A stretch of DNA of 63,360 bases, the filler included, from Octopus bimaculoides (taxonomy: Eukaryota), in NCBI RefSeq assembly GCF_001194135.2. It is 6 parts of 5 records of this genome, joined end to end, with 100 filler letters (N's around TTAATTAATTAA, not from the genome) between each part and the next. Parts side by side here need not be neighbours in the genome. Positions count along the whole stretch, not along the records: positions 49,499 to 58,941 come from NC_069003.1; positions 59,042 to 63,360 come from NC_069003.1; 4 more parts are not named here. One strand, written 5' to 3'. The notes beneath the pieces are model-generated. The model worked only from the letters and a program-made list of their open reading frames with translations, did no database searches and was not told the DNA's origin. Below, in pieces: positions 50,423 to 63,360 of the stretch (position 1 is its first letter; each line of letters begins with the position of its first letter). The position numbers and the translations under genes are program-made.

Positions 50423-51774
50423 NNNNNNNNNNNNNNNNNNNNNNNNNNNNNNNNNNNNNNNNNNNNNNNNNNNNNNNNNNNNNNNNNNNNNNNNNNNNNN
50501 NNNNNNNNNNNNNNNNNNNNNNNNNNNNNNNNNNNNNNNNNNNNNNNNNNNNNNNNNNNNNNNNNNNNNNNNNNNNNNNNNNNNNNNNNNNNNNNNNNNN
50601 NNNNNNNNNNNNNNNNNNNNNNNNNNNNNNNNNNNNNNNNNNNNNNNNNNNNNNNNNNNNNNNNNNNNNNNNNNNNNNNNNNNNNNNNNNNNNNNNNNNN
50701 NNNNNNNNNNNNNNNNNNNNNNNNNNNNNNNNNNNNNNNNNNNNNNNNNNNNNNNNNNNNNNNNNNNNNNNNNNNNNNNNNNNNNNNNNNNNNNNNNNNN
50801 NNNNNNNNNNNNNNNNNNNNNNNNNNNNNNNNNNNNNNNNNNNNNNNNNNNNNNNNNNNNNNNNNNNNNNNNNNNNNNNNNNNNNNNNNNNNNNNNNNNN
50901 NNNNNNNNNNNNNNNNNNNNNNNNNNNNNNNNNNNNNNNNNNNNNNNNNNNNNNNNNNNNNNNNNNNNNNNNNNNNNNNNNNNNNNNNNNNNNNNNNNNN
51001 NNNNNNNNNNNNNNNNNNNNNNNNNNNNNNNNNNNNNNNNNNNNNNNNNNNNNNNNNNNNNNNNNNNNNNNNNNNNNNNNNNNNNNNNNNNNNNNNNNNN
51101 NNNNNNNNNNNNNNNNNNNNNNNNNNNNNNNNNNNNNNNNNNNNNNNNNNNNNNNNNNNNNNNNNNNNNNNNNNNNNNNNNNNNNNNNNNNNNNNNNNNN
51201 NNNNNNNNNNNNNNNNNNNNNNNNNNNNNNNNNNNNNNNNNNNNNNNNNNNNNNNNNNNNNNNNNNNNNNNNNNNNNNNNNNNNNNNNNNNNNNNNNNNN
51301 NNNNNNNNNNNNNNNNNNNNNNNNNNNNNNNNNNNNNNNNNNNNNNNNNNNNNNNNNNNNNNNNNNNATAATACAAAGAATATATATACATGTATACACA
51401 CATATATGTACATACTTACATCTACATGTGTATATATATGCATATCAGGGTACAGGACGTTAGAACAATGAACTACAGACAACGGAACGAACACATAAGA
51501 AAACGGAAAGCCACTTGGAATATTCCTTCATCAGCTGCCTCTATTCTAACCTGACGTATATATATGTGTACGTATGTATGTATACGTATACATACATACA
51601 CACATACGTATATGCATACATACATACATACATACATAAATACACACGTAACCGCACGCGCACACGTGACATGTGTCTATATGTTCACACGTGGGTGTCT
51701 TTGTGTGTACGTACTACGTACGTATGTGTGTGTGTGTGTATACAGATAGATAGATACATAAATACATATGTATG

Positions 51775-51838
<64 letters not shown>

Positions 51839-52699
51839 TGTTTAGGCGGCGATTGGCAGTGTTGTTCAAAACGTCGGATATGTGGCTTTGCAGTGATCGT
51901 TCAAGCTCTATACTCGTTCACTTCGAACACGGCTGAGGTCAGCTTCACCGTTTAACCTTTGAGGGTCGATAAATAAAGACCCTTCACGAACTGGGATATA
52001 TTCTCTTTCCCCCCTCTCTCCCTCTCTCTTGTTCCTATTCTCTTTCTGGAAGAAATCAACAATGACCAGACCTGGAAATGTGGGGGTTCTGCTAGGTTTA
52101 ATAAAGTACTCAAGACAAGCTGTGTGTCACGATGACATCCTAAGAATCTATTAATTAGAGGGAGCTAAGCCATGTCTATTAGGGCTCTACATAGTATATA
52201 CTAGCGAAGTAAGTCAGTCAGTCTACCGAAGATAGTTCTTTTGGGGTCCTGTGTGCCATATAAAGTCATGTTAATCACTTGGTCTCAGAGCCAGTGAGAT
52301 GGTCATGGATGACATATTTTGATCATGAATCTGCTTGGTCAAGACAAACCTGGGGCTTAACAAACACCAACAACACAATAGGAACAGCAGCAACAACAGC
52401 AACAAAACAACTTCAATAACACCGCCACCACCACCATCACCACCACCAGCAGCAACAACAACAACAATAACCACAACAATATCAACAACTATAAGAACAA
52501 TATCAACCTCAATAAGAACAATAATAACAACAACAACGATAGTAGCAACAACAACAACAACAGCAGCAAAGTTCTCCGTCAAAGGATCAACTACAAACAG
52601 GCCTGGTTGTGCGGTAAGAAGCTTGCTCCCCAACCTCGTGGTTTCAAGTTCAGTTCCACTGCACTGTGTGGCACCTTGAGCAAGTGTCTTCTGCTTTTG

Positions 52700-52992
52700 A
52701 AGAAAGTTATACTAAAGCAAATTTTTTAGATGTAACGTTAGACCTCAATGCTTCAACATACTCTCCATATCATAAACCCAATGAATATCTTGAATACGTA
52801 AATATAAATTCAAATCATCATATTTCATTACTTAAAAGTATAGTAAATAGCATTTCTATCAGAATATCTGATTTATCCTATAATGAGGAAATTTTTAATT
52901 GCCATGCTAATTATTATAATCAAGCATTACGGGCAAACGGACATAAACAAAGTATTAAATATATGAAAAACACCAAATTAAAAAATTATTAA
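52700..52992 (+). mobile_element. PLE reverse-transcriptase thumb/linker fragment
   Basis: ANFLDVTLDLNASTYSPYHKPN..YVNINSNH..IRISDLS..EIFN..YNQALRANGH, stop-free; abuts a SINE head at 52590-52700. Confidence 0.8.
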
Positions 52993-53009
52993 CATTATTG
53001 TTGTGGTGG

Positions 53010-53540
53010 GTTCTGGACTGCTGGGGTTCCGTGATCACAGTCTTCAGGTTTTAGCTCCTGCACGAAAATACAATTCTTTATGCCGTACGTATTGTGAGTC
53101 TTGTTAGTCCACTTTCACGAGCTGTTTGACGTGTTGGTTTTTGCAGGCTGCGATTAAACATTTCCTGCTCTATTGCCACGTTCTCCGCTGATCGGGATGT
53201 GGTTGGACGGCCACATCTTCATGCATCGTTCGTAGAGCCCGTGGTCATCAGTTTTCCATGACAACTATTTATTGTCTCTGGACGTTGTGCTGCACGCCAC
53301 CATCTCTGAACCAAAACAATGGAATTCCATACTGCATAGCGTGCTGCTATCTTAGCTCGCTCCTGAACAGTCAAGCGACCGACCCTCCGGAAAATAAGAA
53401 ATAAGAAATAAGACAATAAGAAAATAAGAAATCCTCATTAGTGTTGTCTGTTTAAAAAATGCTTTCATCATGACTTCAGTGATACTAAAAATTCTATAAG
53501 CAATTTCTAATGCCTAGTTACTTTCCACCCAGCCTATATA
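53010..53540 (-). mobile_element. Tc1/mariner-superfamily 5' portion with DUF4817-like HTH
   Basis: LTVQERAKIAARYAVWNSIVLVQRWWR..PETI..KLMTTGS..R.GRP; TIR-like TAGGCTGGGTGGAAAGTAAC. Confidence 0.7.
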
Positions 53541-53547
53541 TATGTGG

Positions 53548-53579
<32 letters not shown>

Positions 53580-54429
53580 NNNNNNNNNNNNNNNNNNNNN
53601 NNNNNNNNNNNNNNNNNNNNNNNNNNNNNNNNNNNNNNNNNNNNNNNNNNNNNNNNNNNNNNNNNNNNNNNNNNNNNNNNNNNNNNNNNNNNNNNNNNNN
53701 NNNNNNNNNNNNNNNNNNNNNNNNNNNNNNNNNNNNNNNNNNNNNNNNNNNNNNNNNNNNNNNNNNNNNNNNNNNNNNNNNNNNNNNNNNNNNNNNNNNN
53801 NNNNNNNNNNNNNNNNNNNNNNNNNNNNNNNNNNNNNNNNNNNNNNNNNNNNNNNNNNNNNNNNNNNNNNNNNNNNNNNNNNNNNNNNNNNNNNNNNNNN
53901 NNNNNNNNNNNNNNNNNNNNNNNNNNNNNNNNNNNNNNNNNNNNNNNNNNNNNNNNNNNNNNNNNNNNNNNNNNNNNNNNNNNNNNNNNNNNNNNNNNNN
54001 NNNNNNNNNNNNNNNNNNNNNNNNNNNNNNNNNNNNNNNNNNNNNNNNNNNNNNNNNNNNNNNNNNNNNNNNNNNNNNNNNNNNNNNNNNNNNNNNNNNN
54101 NNNNNNNNNNNNNNNNNNNNNNNNNNNNNNNNNNNNNNNNNNNNNNNNNNNNNNNNNNNNNNNNNNNNNNNNNNNNNNNNNNNNNNNNNNNNNNNNNNNN
54201 NNNNNNNNNNNNNNNNNNNNNNNNNNNNNNNNNNNNNNNNNNNNNNNNNNNNNNNNNNNNNNNNNNNNNNNNNNNNNNNNNNNNNNNNNNNNNNNNNNNN
54301 NNNNNNNNNNNNNNNNNNNNNNNNNNNNNNNNNNNNNNNNNNNNNNNNNNNNNNNNNNNNNNNNNNNNNNNNNNNNNNNNNNNNNNNNNNNNNNNNCTGA
54401 TATGCTGCATTTGGTGAATAAGAAAGTTT

Positions 54430-55490
54430 AATGTTACTGCCCTCATCTGCGTTTCCTGTTGTGAGGTTGGCCAATTCGGAACCCTTCACGGGAGGAAATC
54501 CAGTTTTGTTTTGAAGACACCAACATCTACCCCTCAGCCTTTTTGGGAGCTTATTGGAGAGCTGTAGGCCCTCGAAATCCAAACTGTTGCGGTATCTTGT
54601 TCTGTATCCTTATAGTGATGTTGGGGTATTTGGCACTACGCAGCGGCGCCCCGTTCTGCTGTTTGTGTAACTTTCAATATCAAAGTTTGGTACAATTCCT
54701 TCCAGGATTTTCTAGATGTGCTCCATTGCATATCTTACCCGCCTTGGTTCTAGGGAGTAGAGTCTTAACTTTCTCAGCCTCGCTGACATGTCATATTGAG
54801 ACAATCTTCTCCCTGTAACTTCTCTGGATTACTTCGAGTTCCGTCATTAATTTTACACTTTGTGGTGACCATAGTGGGAAACAGTAGTTTAAGCGGTTGA
54901 GGACATATGTTCTCCAGAGGACAATCACAGTTTCCTGTTTTCTCGTTCTGAAAGCTCTAAGCATACAGTCAGCCAGCTGTCTTCAATTTATTGCCAACTT
55001 AGAAAGATGCACCTGGAAAAATGCATCATTACTCATGTCGACGCCCAAGTCACACACTGATTTTGATTCAGGGATTGCAATCCCTCCAGAACCAGTGTAT
55101 CCTGTCTGCATTTCATTCAGCTTTGTGTGCTAGCAACGCAGGGCTTGGAAATTTCCAGCATTAACTTGCATGTTATTGCCCTCATCCCACCTGTATATTG
55201 CATTTAACTTCTGTTACAGGTGCGCAATATCTCCAGAGTTCTGAATCCTCTGAGTAACTTTCGTGTCGTCTGCATAACTAGCAAGGGTGGCTATATGAGC
55301 GGCTGAGGGCATGTAATTGGGGGCAACTACTATTCATAATGGCCCTGTGGAACATCACTCATTATTTGTGTTTCCTTAGAGGTGACTCCATTGGCTACCA
55401 CTGCCTGACTTATATCTTTCAGAATGTTGTGTAGCCACTCTTCAAGTCGAGATCACGCAGCTTGACATATCATACCATGGTCGTGTTTTT
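54430..55490 (-). mobile_element. CR1/L2-group LINE RT fragment, degraded
   Basis: SYADDTK (55260-55280), DVPQG, NNMQVNAGNFQAL, DLGVDMS, YCFPLWSP on minus strand. Confidence 0.9.
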
Positions 55491-56004
55491 ATGTCAAGTT
55501 ATATATAAAAACAATTTAACAATCAACTGAAGAATGACTCAATACTAAAAGTAAAGTACATGTTTATTAAGCTTTTAGAAGGGGGTTGACTGTGACTTCA
55601 ATGTTTCAGTTGCTAGCCTTCGTATATATATATATATATATATATATATTCCGTTATATACAATTCATAAATAATCAAGGCACAGTACATCCACCGATTT
55701 GCTAGACAGAACCATGCAGAGCAGACAGTGAAGTAATCAGATATCAGTTTTAAAGCACGATGAAGATCAGTCACTGTTGTTGGATAATTAGCAATCTCAA
55801 ATGTTTGGTGCGGCGTGAAAAAATAATGGTAAAAAACAAACGAATGGTTTTTAAATTTTATGACGACTGTTTCGCTCAGAATCTTTAACTATTGTAAGCA
55901 TATTGCAATGTTATGGATTACGTTATACATTATGTAATTATTATGCTCATCGGGTATTAAGTAAAGAGTTGAACATAAAGTTAAGTGATCCAAAACAAGT
56001 ATAC

Positions 56005-56053
<49 letters not shown>

Positions 56054-56158
56054 NNNNNNNNNNNNNNNNNNNNNNNNNNNNNNNNNNNNNNNNNNNNNNN
56101 NNNNNNNNNNNNNNNNNNNNNNNNNNNNNNNNNNNNNNNNNNNNNNNNNNNNNNNNNN

Positions 56159-56219
<61 letters not shown>

Positions 56220-56221
<2 letters not shown>

Positions 56222-56685
56222 TAGAGTTATCAGAGGATGTGCAGATTAGTTACTGTTCAGTTCAGTCCATTATCACTGAAGATTTGGGTATGAGACAGGT
56301 GCGTGCCAAGTTTGTGCCAAAACTGGTTTCTGCTGACCAAAAAGACACTCGGATTTCAGTTGCACAAGATCTCCTTCATTGTGTCGAGAACAAAGAAAAC
56401 TTTTTGAAAACTGCATAGGCCTTTGAGCAGGTATCGCCAAGTTTTGGGCAAAATTTGATGCAGATTCTCTGCTCAACATTCTCTGCCGTGGTCAATGCGA
56501 CGATCACACGCTACACACCTTCCACCCAAGCACTGCTGTAAACAGCGAAAGTGAGCTAGAACGTTAAAACTTAGTACGCATTCACAGTAGAGTTCAAGGT
56601 CAATCTGTACCAAGCGGCTTTACTCTCTGTGCTTTAGCTTCGTAACTATAGCAACAGTCCGGATACTTAATAATCAAACCGCGTA
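56220..56685. mobile_element. Rearranged mariner: 5' TIR + N-terminus (-) joined to an inverted internal transposase piece (+)
   Basis: Minus: TIR at 56685, EQRICIKFCPKLGDTCSKAYA; plus: ELSEDVQIS..EDLGMRQVRAKFVPKL..ENFLKT; junction ~56410. Confidence 0.8.
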
Positions 56686-56920
56686 TAGGTTGGTATGTCG
56701 TGGCGAGAAGTTGAATGTATTGTGAGACTACACATACACGCACACACATACACCTACACACACGCACACACATACACGCATACACACACGCACACACACA
56801 CATACACACATACACACACACACACAAATACACACACATACACACATGCATGCACGCACGCACACCTAGACATATGTATATAAACATATATATATACGTT
56901 TATACATCCCTATTTATGTA

Positions 56921-57038
<118 letters not shown>

Positions 57039-57655
57039 TGTAGAAATATATATATATNNNNNNNNNNNNNNNNNNNNNNNNNNNNNNNNNNNNNNNNNNN
57101 NNNNNNNNNNNNNNNNNNNNNNNNNNNNNNNNNNNNNNNNNNNNNNNNNNNNNNNNNNNNNNNNNNNNNNNNNNNNNNNNNNNNNNNNNNNNNNNNNNNN
57201 NNNNNNNNNNNNNNNNNNNNNNNNNNNNNNNNNNNNNNNNNNNNNNNNNNNNNNNNNNNNNNNNNNNNNNNNNNNNNNNNNNNNNNNNNNNNNNNNNNNN
57301 NNNNNNNNNNNNNNNNNNNNNNNNNNNNNNNNNNNNNNNNNNNNNNNNNNNNNNNNNNNNNNNNNNNNNNNNNNNNNNNNNNNNNNNNNNNNNNNNNNNN
57401 NNNNNNNNNNNNNNNNNNNNNNNNNNNNNNNNNNNNNNNNNNNNNNNNNNNNNNNNNNNNNNNNNNNNNNNNNNNNNNNNNNNNNNNNNNNNNNNNNNNN
57501 NNNNNNNNNNNNNNNNNNNNNNNNNNNNNNNNNNNNNNNNNNNNNNNNNNNNNNNNNNNNNNNNNNNNNNNNNNNNNNNNNNNNNNNNNNNNNNNNNNNN
57601 NNNNNNNNNNNNNNNNNNNNNNNNNNNNNNNNNNNNNNNNNNNNNNNNNNNNNNN

Positions 57656-57750
57656 TTTCTCATGTGCAATTCGTGATTTCTCAAAAGTAGTTGTCCCCTC
57701 ATGCACAATCCTTCTCCACCTGCCACGGTCAGTAACTATGCCTTCCCACG
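57656..57750 (-). mobile_element. RTE LINE C-terminal fragment
   Basis: WEGIVTDRGRWRRIVHEGTTTFEKSRIAHEK. Confidence 0.7.
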
Positions 57751-57762
57751 TACATACATACA

Positions 57763-57793
<31 letters not shown>

Positions 57794-58379
57794 GTCTCTC
57801 CGTATAGTGGTTATTTATCATCAGTCTCTTTCTTAACCACGCCCTCGCCATCTATATTTATAAACATCGTTTCTATTTTCAATTTCCCATCGATCCAGTC
57901 TTCACAGCGCTTTTTATATTTGGATAATGACTTCTCCATTCCTTGTAGAGATACATATATCGTCTGAAGGGACTGATGCATTGATCAGTAGGTATTTCCT
58001 TCATTATCTGTCCTTGATAACAATATCTAATCAGTTTCCAATAAGTCACTTTGTGTGAATTTATACAGCATTTGACTACAATATTATTCTCTAATAAACT
58101 GAGAATGAATATACTATTATTTACATTTCTGTTTTCTTTTCTTCTCCTGAGTTATCTATGTCACGTCTGTGCTTCTTCCCGCACTTTAGAGACGCAAAAA
58201 CGTTTCTCAACGTATGTGTTCTCCGAAAATTGCAGCCAGCGGTGTACTTTCTATGAAATTTGGTATTTGCAGCTTTTCATGCCAGAATATTGCTCTCTTT
58301 GAGATGGTCCCAAATGCAGTGATCACAATAAATATCACACTCACATTTTTAGGCTCTGTGGATGCGTTTCACTTCCATT

Positions 58380-58705
58380 GCTAAGTCTCTGTATTTCTGA
58401 CTTTCTCGTTCTCTGCTCTTACAATATTCTGGTCTGCAGATATAGCTACTTCAATGAAGGTCCATTCTTTGGAATCCTTCCGTAGAAGAGCACAACCTGG
58501 TTGGCTATATTGCAGCTTCTGATCTCGGTAGATTGGTATATTCCTTGTGAGTTTCACCTGATCATTCTTTGCCATTGACAAAGGTTGGTACTCATACCAC
58601 TTGTTGGAACATTCTAGCCCATACTTCCTGCACAATTCCCACTGCATTTGTACTGCTACTTTGTCATGGCGTTTTTGTACTCCTTTTGGGCTAGTTTTGA
58701 GCATC
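58380..58705 (-). mobile_element. RLE-type non-LTR endonuclease fragment (R4/HERO-like)
   Basis: KRHDKVA..WELCRKYGL..KWYEYQP..N..VKL..QPGCALL..FIEVAISADQNI..E.EK. Confidence 0.8.
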
Positions 58706-58804
58706 CACTAATAATTATCTGTCAAATTGTCTCGGATGATTTTTCACATAATCTACACAAAGGTGATATTACTGTCATGTCAATGCTACGTTTGATTGAG
58801 TTGT

Positions 58805-58941
58805 TTCGTAAAGCTTCTTCTTCTTTTCTTCTTCTTCTTCTTCTTCTTCTTCTTCTTCTTCTTCTTCTTCTTCTTCTTTTTCTTCTTCTTCTTCTTCTTC
58901 TCCTCCTTCTTCTTCTTCTTCTTCTTCTTCTTTTTCTTCTT
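58805..58941. repeat. (CTT)n microsatellite
   Basis: Near-pure run into a gap. Confidence 0.95.
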
Positions 58942-59041
58942 NNNNNNNNNNNNNNNNNNNNNNNNNNNNNNNNNNNNNNNNNNNNTTAATTAATTAANNN
59001 NNNNNNNNNNNNNNNNNNNNNNNNNNNNNNNNNNNNNNNNN

Positions 59042-59080
<39 letters not shown>

Positions 59081-59359
59081 ATGTATGTATGTATGCATGT
59101 ATGTATGTATGTATGTATGTATGTTTGCATGATTAGAAGTAGAGGATTAGAGGAAAACGTGTGAGGAAAAAGAAGGAGAATCGGTAGTGGATGGGGTGAA
59201 AGAGGGAGAGAAAAAAGATTTACATCAAGGAGAGAATGGGAGGTGGTGTGAGCGGGGGAGGGGTGGATAGAATTTGTATAAAAAATAAATCAATCAATAA
59301 ATAAATAATGAATAAAAACAAACGGAAAACAGAAGAAAAATTCAAAAGACGGGGTGGAT

Positions 59360-59662
59360 GGAGATACAACAACAGCAACAACAAAATCAATAACAACAAT
59401 AGACAGCATTGAATACAAAAGAAGAGTAGCAGCAACAGAAGCAGTAGCAGTAACTGCTGTACATCAATAAGAAAACAAAAAGAACAAATGTTTTAACAAC
59501 AACAACAACAACAACAACAGTAACAATAACAATAACAACAATAGTAACAACATCGAGATAACAACAGCAACATGTCAGGAGAACAATGACAACAACAACA
59601 GCAGCAGCAGCAACAACAACAACAACGACAGGAACAAAAGTAATAACAACAAAAACAACAAC

Positions 59663-59703
<41 letters not shown>

Positions 59704-59735
59704 TAATGATAATAATAATAATAATAATAATAATG

Positions 59736-59781
<46 letters not shown>

Positions 59782-60275
59782 NNNNNNNNNNNNNNNNNNN
59801 NNNNNNNNNNNNNNNNNNNNNNNNNNNNNNNNNNNNNNNNNNNNNNNNNNNNNNNNNNNNNNNNNNNNNNNNNNNNNNNNNNNNNNNNNNNNNNNNNNNN
59901 NNNNNNNNNNNNNNNNNNNNNNNNNNNNNNNNNNNNNNNNNNNNNNNNNNNNNNNNNNNNNNNNNNNNNNNNNNNNNNNNNNNNNNNNNNNNNNNNNNNN
60001 NNNNNNNNNNNNNNNNNNNNNNNNNNNNNNNNNNNNNNNNNNNNNNNNNNNNNNNNNNNNNNNNNNNNNNNNNNNNNNNNNNNNNNNNNNNNNNNNNNNN
60101 NNNNNNNNNNNNNNNNNNNNNNNNNNNNNNNNNNNNNNNNNNNNNNNNNNNNNNNNNNNNNNNNNNNNNNNNNNNNNNNNNNNNNNNNNNNNNNNNNNNN
60201 NNNNNNNNNNNNNNNNNNNNNNNNNNNNNNNNNNNNNNNNNNNNNAATAATAATAAAATAATAATAATAATAATG

Positions 60276-60309
<34 letters not shown>

Positions 60310-60357
60310 TAATAATAATATTAATAATAATAATAATAATAATGATAATAATAATAA

Positions 60358-60389
<32 letters not shown>

Positions 60390-60470
60390 ATAATAATAAT
60401 AATAATAATAATTATAATAATAATAATAATAATGATAATAATAATAATAATGATGATGATAATAATAATG

Positions 60471-60519
<49 letters not shown>

Positions 60520-60700
60520 TAATAACAACAGGGAGAAGAAGAACAACAACAACGACAACAACAACAGTAAGAACAGCAACAAAAAACATAAACACCAACA
60601 ACATCGAGATAACAAGAGCAAATTGTCAGAAGAACAATTGTAAAAACAACCAAAACAACAACAACAGCAGCAGCAGCAGCAGCAGTAGCTGTAAAATTTT
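59360..60700. repeat. (AAC/AAT/AGC)n microsatellite field spanning a gap
   Basis: Degenerate trinucleotide arrays. Confidence 0.9.
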
Positions 60701-61734
60701 TCAATAAATATAGAAATAAATATATTTTAAAAAAATGCAATATTTTCTAACATTTAACGAGATTGAATATAGTGGTGGTGGTGTTTGTGGTGGTGGTGGT
60801 GGTGGTGTTTGCGTTGTGGTAGTGGTGGTGGCGATGATGTGCGTCTGTGTTTGTGTGTGTGTGCGTGTGCGTGTATGTGTGTTTGGGTGTGAAATATGAT
60901 ATAGTCCGTCGAGGGTAATACATCGTTGCTTCAGGTTTCATGTCTAATTAGATAAGTAAATAATCTTCGGATCATTAACAAACTAACAGTTTTAGAAAAA
61001 AAAAAAAAAATTATATGAAGAAATATGTAGTGTTGCATGTTGGGGTTGCACATTGTTAGGGACATAACTCATTCTATACAGAACATTAGTAAAGTGGATT
61101 TTTTTTTCCGTATGCTGAAATAATATGTAAAAAGGCATAATAAGTAATTCCCTGTTTTTTCTTTCTTTTTATAATGCTGGAGCTCGAAATGAATAGAGCT
61201 GTAAGTAGTAGCATGTCAATATTNNNNNNNNNNNNNNNNNNNNNNNNNNNNNNNNNNNNNNNNNNNNNNNNNNNNNNNNNNNNNNNNNNNNNNNNNNNNN
61301 NNNNNNNNNNNNNNNNNNNNNNNNNNNNNNNNNNNNNNNNNNNNNNNNNNNNNNNNNNNNNNNNNNNNNNNNNNNNNNNNNNNNNNNNNNNNNNNNNNNN
61401 NNNNNNNNNNNNNNNNNNNNNNNNNNNNNNNNNNNNNNNNNNNNNNNNNNNNNNNNNNNNNNNNNNNNNNNNNNNNNNNNNNNNNNNNNNNNNNNNNNNN
61501 NNNNNNNNNNNNNNNNNNNNNNNNNNNNNNNNNNNNNNNNNNNNNNNNNNNNNNNNNNNNNNNNNNNNNNNNNNNNNNATTGGATATTGAGTTTTGTATT
61601 AATATATCACCTTTGTTTTTTTTCTTTTTTCTTGGGGTGGGGGAATTCTGACGACGAGGATTAACTCCGGATTAAGCCTCCCACCCCACCCCGGCATAGT
61701 TTGAGAACTTAGAGCGTTTAGATTTGCGATACTA

Positions 61735-61960
61735 TTCCTTTATTTCCCATCGTAGATGGGCAGATTCCTAAGGATTCCGCTTGCGCATTTATAGTAAACA
61801 AGGCACAGGGCCAGACTTTAGATCGTGTAGGTGTATTTTACCCACTCCGATGTTTGCACACGGCCAGTTATACGTCGCTATGAGTAGAGCAACGGATTCC
61901 AGTAATTTAAGAATTAGTGTCGACCAAACAGAAAATATCGTCTACAAAGAAGTTTTGTAA
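61735..61960 (+). mobile_element. Helitron/Pif1-type helicase C-terminal remnant
   Basis: AFIVNKAQGQTLDRVG / MFAHGQLYVAMSRA..NIVYKEVL* with a frameshift. Confidence 0.85.
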
Positions 61961-62399
61961 TCATATTGATATTATCGAAAGGAATAGGATTCATAATTTA
62001 AATAAGGAAATTTGTGAACTTTGAATGTATAAGAGTATAAACGAGGGTAAAATAGTGTAGACAACTAAAATAAAAGTATATCTAAATAACATTTTTTTCT
62101 TAATACTTATGTACTGACCAAAGGAAGGTCTGGCTTTCGTTAGGAGCGGTCCACATAACCGTTGATGATACAAAGGCTGGGAGTCTATTTCAGTTCGGGA
62201 GTGAATCGTCATCACATCACTTAGTTGCAGACACATGCCATATAGCTGCAATAGAATGCTGTATCACCAACAATAATGTGATTCTTCAAAAACATCACCC
62301 AATAATCTATCAAGTTCACTTACACATTTCTCAATATATACAGCTGTTATGAGTTCCCTCCCTCATTTTATGACTCCATCGTAAATGCGTAGATTTGCT

Positions 62400-62433
<34 letters not shown>

Positions 62434-62436
<3 letters not shown>

Positions 62437-63325
62437 TATATATCGGCGTACAGGACGAAGTTTGAGCTTTAAAAAAAATCACCCCAAATTTAGGGGTCGT
62501 CTTACATACCCCATATGAAATCTGAACCTTAAATTCCTGTGGTTTAGAGTAGTACCAATGTCAATGGAGAACAGTGTAAAGCACTCGCATAGATTCTCTG
62601 GTTCTACAGCACAGTATTTTCTATTGATACTTGCACATATCGATGAAGAACACCATAAAATATTCAAATAACGCCTATAGTTCTACAACACAGTATTTTC
62701 TACTGATATTTACGTGTATATTTGGGAAGCAGAATTGATAGTAAGATTATATTAAAATAACAGCACAGCAAACTTAGCGAACAGACACCAGTCGCCATTT
62801 GCAACAACTGACGAACAGAAAATATAAACAATCAGCCCGTTCAACCGCGTCCCAGGGTCCGTTCTATTTACATTGCTTCGTTAGAGCGCTCTCTCATACA
62901 AGTAAATGGTGTTATTGTAGTATACTTGACAGTCTGTTAGTTCCTGCAAAATAACTGACGCCTAAGTTAGTGTTTACACCAGCCAGGTACGTTTGATGTG
63001 TATTATAATAGGTAATTTACAATATTTGGCCACTTTTTGGAAAGTACTGGATAAATTTTGAACAAACAAGACTGCAGAATTGTTGTATACAAAGTTCACT
63101 GATTGAAACAGTTAAAATGCTATTGAAACACCAGAAAAGCAGAGAAGCTTCAGGGGCCGCTGGGGGAAGCTACAGCTCACCCGACTCCTTTAGCTATGAA
63201 CCTCGCGCCTCGGCGCTTGAACTATTTTCCACTAAAACTTGGGGTAGTCTTATACTGCAAAAATAGCTCATAACCCACTTTTTAAATGGAAATCCTGACG
63301 AAGGTGGGGTCATCTTGTACACCCA
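62434..63325. mobile_element. Possible pogo-like non-autonomous DNA transposon
   Basis: ACTGTATATATCGGCGTACAGGACGA start and repeated GGGGTCGTCTTA(C/T)A-like motifs at 62490, 63241 and 63306. Confidence 0.4.
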
Positions 63326-63327
63326 GT

Positions 63328-63360
<33 letters not shown>

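Overview
AT-rich, repeat-dense animal genomic DNA with many N gaps. The SINE, microsatellite and transposon make-up looks like an octopod cephalopod (inference, no search run). No prokaryotic genes, rRNA, true tRNA genes or CRISPR arrays were seen. One host exon is recognisable: the last coding exon of a PEBP/RKIP-family gene (44580-44800, +). A probable multi-exon gene of unknown identity lies on the minus strand (~26.4-37.5 kb) inside a CpG-depleted domain. The rest is decayed mariner/Tc1, CR1-like, RTE, R4/HERO-like, Penelope-like (PLE) and Helitron fragments, several tRNA/CORE-type SINE families, and microsatellites. The most striking signal is about ten hammerhead-ribozyme (HHR) motifs in three families. 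The main family is a PLE-derived module of hairpin + tRNA-like Pol III head + (AAT)n + dimer-type HHR, which recurs as head-to-head palindromes centred on the same hairpin. A second family consistently has a non-canonical CUGUUGA core. The putative start codon of the minus-strand gene sits in the loop of a perfect 16-bp hairpin. Most long ORFs in the supplied track are microsatellite or gap artefacts. Repeat boundaries are approximate.
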